From positions 9,734,001 through 9,798,000 of the forward strand of contig OX597837.1 of the NCBI GenBank assembly GCA_951406725.2: DNA of 64,000 nucleotides. The letters run 5' to 3'. The position numbers were made by a program, and so were the translations under genes. Below, one piece after another: positions 60,156-64,000 of this stretch. A model generated the notes under the pieces. The model worked only from the letters and a program-made list of their open reading frames with translations. It was not told the DNA's origin and did not search any database. Origin of the DNA: Octopus vulgaris (Eukaryota). Numbering within the stretch: the first letter of the stretch is position 1; each line of letters starts with the position of its first letter.

Positions 60156-60617
60156 CATATACACAATACTGTATATATGTACTATATATATATATATATA
60201 TATATAGTATATATATATAATATATATACATATATATGTATATAAAATATATACATATATATGTATATAATATATAATATATATATATACATATATATAT
60301 AATATACATATACATACATATATATAATATATATATACACATACACATATGTATATATATAATGTATAGATATATATACATACAAATATATATGTATATA
60401 CATAAATGTATTTATCTATATATATATGTGTGTGTGTGTGTACGTATGCATGTGTGTGTGTATGTGTATTAATACATATATATGTTCTTGTGTGTGTTTG
60501 ACTGTGTCTGTCTGCGTGTGTCTGTGTGTGCGCACATGTTTTTGTGTGTATGTGAGTGTGTGTGTGTGTGCGTTTGCGTGTATGTGAGTGTAAGCACGGT
60601 TGGACATTCCTGTGTGT

Positions 60618-60656
<39 letters not shown>

Positions 60657-60997
60657 TAATTGAGTAATGCGTGTTCGCTCACTTGTGAGAGCAACGAAGC
60701 GCTTTATCCACGTTGAAGCCAGAAACACAATCGAATCTCTTTTGATGGTTAAAGAGCAAGATTGTTAACATTATCTAAGGTTCAGAAGAGAAGTTGATTC
60801 GTGACAAGAGCAAGTAACGTTCGGTTAGAACATTCGCAGCGAAACCTGCCCTGGGGATATTCAAGCAGCTCATTATCAACTGCCACTCGCCAGAATATGT
60901 CTGATAGAGGAGATGTCTAATCTATATGCCTGTGAAACAGATAATTGGCAATGATAAAGTGGCTATGTCGTCATACGTACATATGTATATATGTATA

Positions 60998-61082
<85 letters not shown>

Positions 61083-61265
61083 ACATACATATATAGACAC
61101 ATGCATGTATATATGTATGTATATATGTACATAAATATATATGTATATATATATACACACACATAAATATATACATACACATACAAATATATATATACAT
61201 ACATATATGAATGTATATAATACATACGTACATTATTCCTGTGTGTATATGCATGCAGAAATATA

Positions 61266-61304
<39 letters not shown>

Positions 61305-61603
61305 TATATATATATATATATATGCATATATATGCATGTACTCATGTGTGTGTATAGAAGTGCTTTCATATTGTATACACATGTCTCTTAGAAACGTAGA
61401 ACGTTTTATATTGTGTTGCAAGCAAAATCTTCGTATATCGATATTTCAAGTTTCTTTCTTCCGAATTTCGAACGATTTGGGAAAATAGAGCATAAGAATA
61501 TTATCGAAAAGTCATGTAAGAGATATGTTAACAGTATGAACATACATTAGCAGACATAGAACGTATATGCTAGTAGAACACGTACAACTAATGATAAACA
61601 AAT

Positions 61604-61653
<50 letters not shown>

Positions 61654-61843
61654 ATAATTTCTTTGTTTTTTTATACTCATTTCGATATTTCTGTTTATCA
61701 GGCTAAATATTTGACGTGTTTACGATTTTCATATGACCCACCCTATTTTAATTTTTAATTCATAGATGTCATTTATATATAAGAGAACAAAGTGTACGTA
61801 CGCCGGTATATATACATATATATATACATATATATATATATAT

Positions 61844-62059
61844 AATACAAAATGGGAGAAGGACACAAAGCATCCGGACAACTAGGTGATACAAAAGGGG
61901 GGCAGCCGAAATTGCGAGGATGATCCGGTTCTTGACTGAGGATAAAATGCTTCGAATGACCCGTCATTGTTTTTTTGTATCGTCTATCTGGATGTTTTGT
62001 TGTCGCTTTTTGTATCAACTAGTTGTCCGTATGTTTGCATTCTTGTCCCATTTTGTATT
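61844..62059. mobile_element. Short element with ~55-bp imperfect inverted repeats
   Basis: 61844-61897 versus 62006-62059; same family as 24668-24862. Confidence 0.65.
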
Positions 62060-62080
62060 TTATATATCATATACATATAT

Positions 62081-62171
<91 letters not shown>

Positions 62172-62708
62172 TGGTGAGCCTTGTTGATGGTGACAACGCA
62201 CCACCCGTTCGATGGATCAATTCTACCACCTTCTGATCACACTCCCAATAACTTTTGCCATTAGGTCACGGAACCTCACACACAGATGCATAGTATATAT
62301 TACACATATACATGCATACGTAGACACACACAAACACACAGACACAAGCATGGAAACACACACACACAGATACGTATGTATGTATGCATGCATGTATATG
62401 CATGCGTATATATTTTATATGTACATATATAGATATATGTGTATGTTTGTGTGTGTGCGTGCGTGCATGTGTGTGTGTGTGTGACTGTGTGGTGGGGTGT
62501 AATTTTACAAAGAAAATTGATTTCGTAGAGTTAGCTCACAAGCCGTCATCAGACAGAATGGTGGCGGTCGGGAAGCCCAAAGCTTCGAAGTTACTGTCAA
62601 CAATTTCCCTTGAGAAAATTAATAAACATCATATATACTCAACTCTTAACAGTACTGCATAATCTTTGTTCATTTATAATTCCACATAGAGACAGCCATC
62701 AACCTTAG

Positions 62709-62805
<97 letters not shown>

Positions 62806-62898
62806 TGTGTATTAGATTTAGCAAAAGATAGGAAACATGTGAAAGACAATTAAGTGAGAAAGAGATATATAGACAGAGAGAAAGAGAGATAGTGTGTT

Positions 62899-62943
<45 letters not shown>

Positions 62944-63249
62944 TTTAAATGATGTATGCTGTTGGCTTCGCTCTCTGAGGCATAACTACATCTCGCGAAA
63001 AGCCCGGATGCTAATTTATGCGCCATTATTGTTCCCCGTACGATGTCCATGATTCTAAGGATTCTCTGGCGGCCGACAGGATCCTAATGCAAAGGCAATA
63101 AAGAATTGCTACGCGCGTAATATCCGCTGGCGTGGCTCTATGGATGGCTGAAAATGCTAGCTTTGTAAGCTCGTGGTTTTGAGTTCGGTTCCGTTGTGCG
63201 ACAACTATTGCAGCGAATTCGGCGGACAGTCGTATACCTGTGTGTATAC

Positions 63250-63348
<99 letters not shown>

Positions 63349-63451
63349 ATGTATTTGCTGTTATGTAATGGTGTAATAAAGTATTGATTGGGTATTATCT
63401 GATGGTTGATGTTTGATTGATTTAAGTATGTTTCTCCATTTTCTAATTTTG

Positions 63452-63578
<127 letters not shown>

Positions 63579-63593
63579 CATACATATATGTGA

Positions 63594-63830
63594 AGGAGCA
63601 ATGGCCCAGTGGTTAGGGCAGCGGACTCGAGGCTCCACGAGGCTCCGGCAGGGGGTGTTGGCGATCCCTGCTGTACTTTTTCGCCATAACTTTCACTCTT
63701 TCTTCTCTTGGCCTGTTCGCTTAACCAGCGGGGTGGCGTCATTTGAAGGCTAAAACAATGCGAAGCGTATTGTGACCAGCGATGTGTAGCAACATCTAAT
63801 AGCCTGGTCGGTCACGGTGATCACGGTGAT
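63594..63830 (+). mobile_element. SINE family B (tail iii) with internal deletion
   Basis: Head atggcccagtggttagggcagcggactcg joined directly to gctccacgaggctccggcagggg. Confidence 0.82.
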
Positions 63831-63852
63831 ATATACATATATACATATGTGA

Positions 63853-63885
<33 letters not shown>

Positions 63886-64000
63886 CATAAATATGTGTGT
63901 GTGAGTACATCAATGTAAGTATACATGTATGTATATGTATATGTGGTTGTATGTCTTTGTGTTTGTCACGCATATATACACACACACACACACACACACA

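Noticed and set aside
61930-61968. CTGAGGA...GAAT...GTC (also at ~24770-24805 minus)
   Set aside because: No GAAA and no stem I; cannot be supported as a ribozyme.

Overview
This is AT-rich eukaryotic DNA saturated with microsatellites ((TA)n, (CA)n, (TATG)n, (GATA)n, (TTA)n, (CAT)n). The SINE families and repeat density suggest an octopus or other coleoid cephalopod genome (inference). No host gene exon is recognisable, and almost all listed ORFs are microsatellite artefacts. Real coding remnants are all transposon-derived: a young 5'-truncated CR1/L2-group LINE RT (25.7-27.7 kb), Penelope-like (PLE) GIY-YIG fragments (6.2, 31, 36.6-37.4 kb), a mariner fragment, RTE-like 3' ends and a decayed LINE endonuclease. 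There is also a solo LTR, a Helitron 3' end and many tRNA-derived SINEs with interchangeable 3' tails. The most notable signal is a dispersed set of about 10 minimal type-I hammerhead ribozyme folds in several sequence-unrelated small elements with direct or inverted terminal repeats. Their catalytic cores appear to show compensatory changes at the 3:8 tertiary pair (C-G, G-C, U-A, possibly A-U). All folds were read by eye; none was computed or tested.
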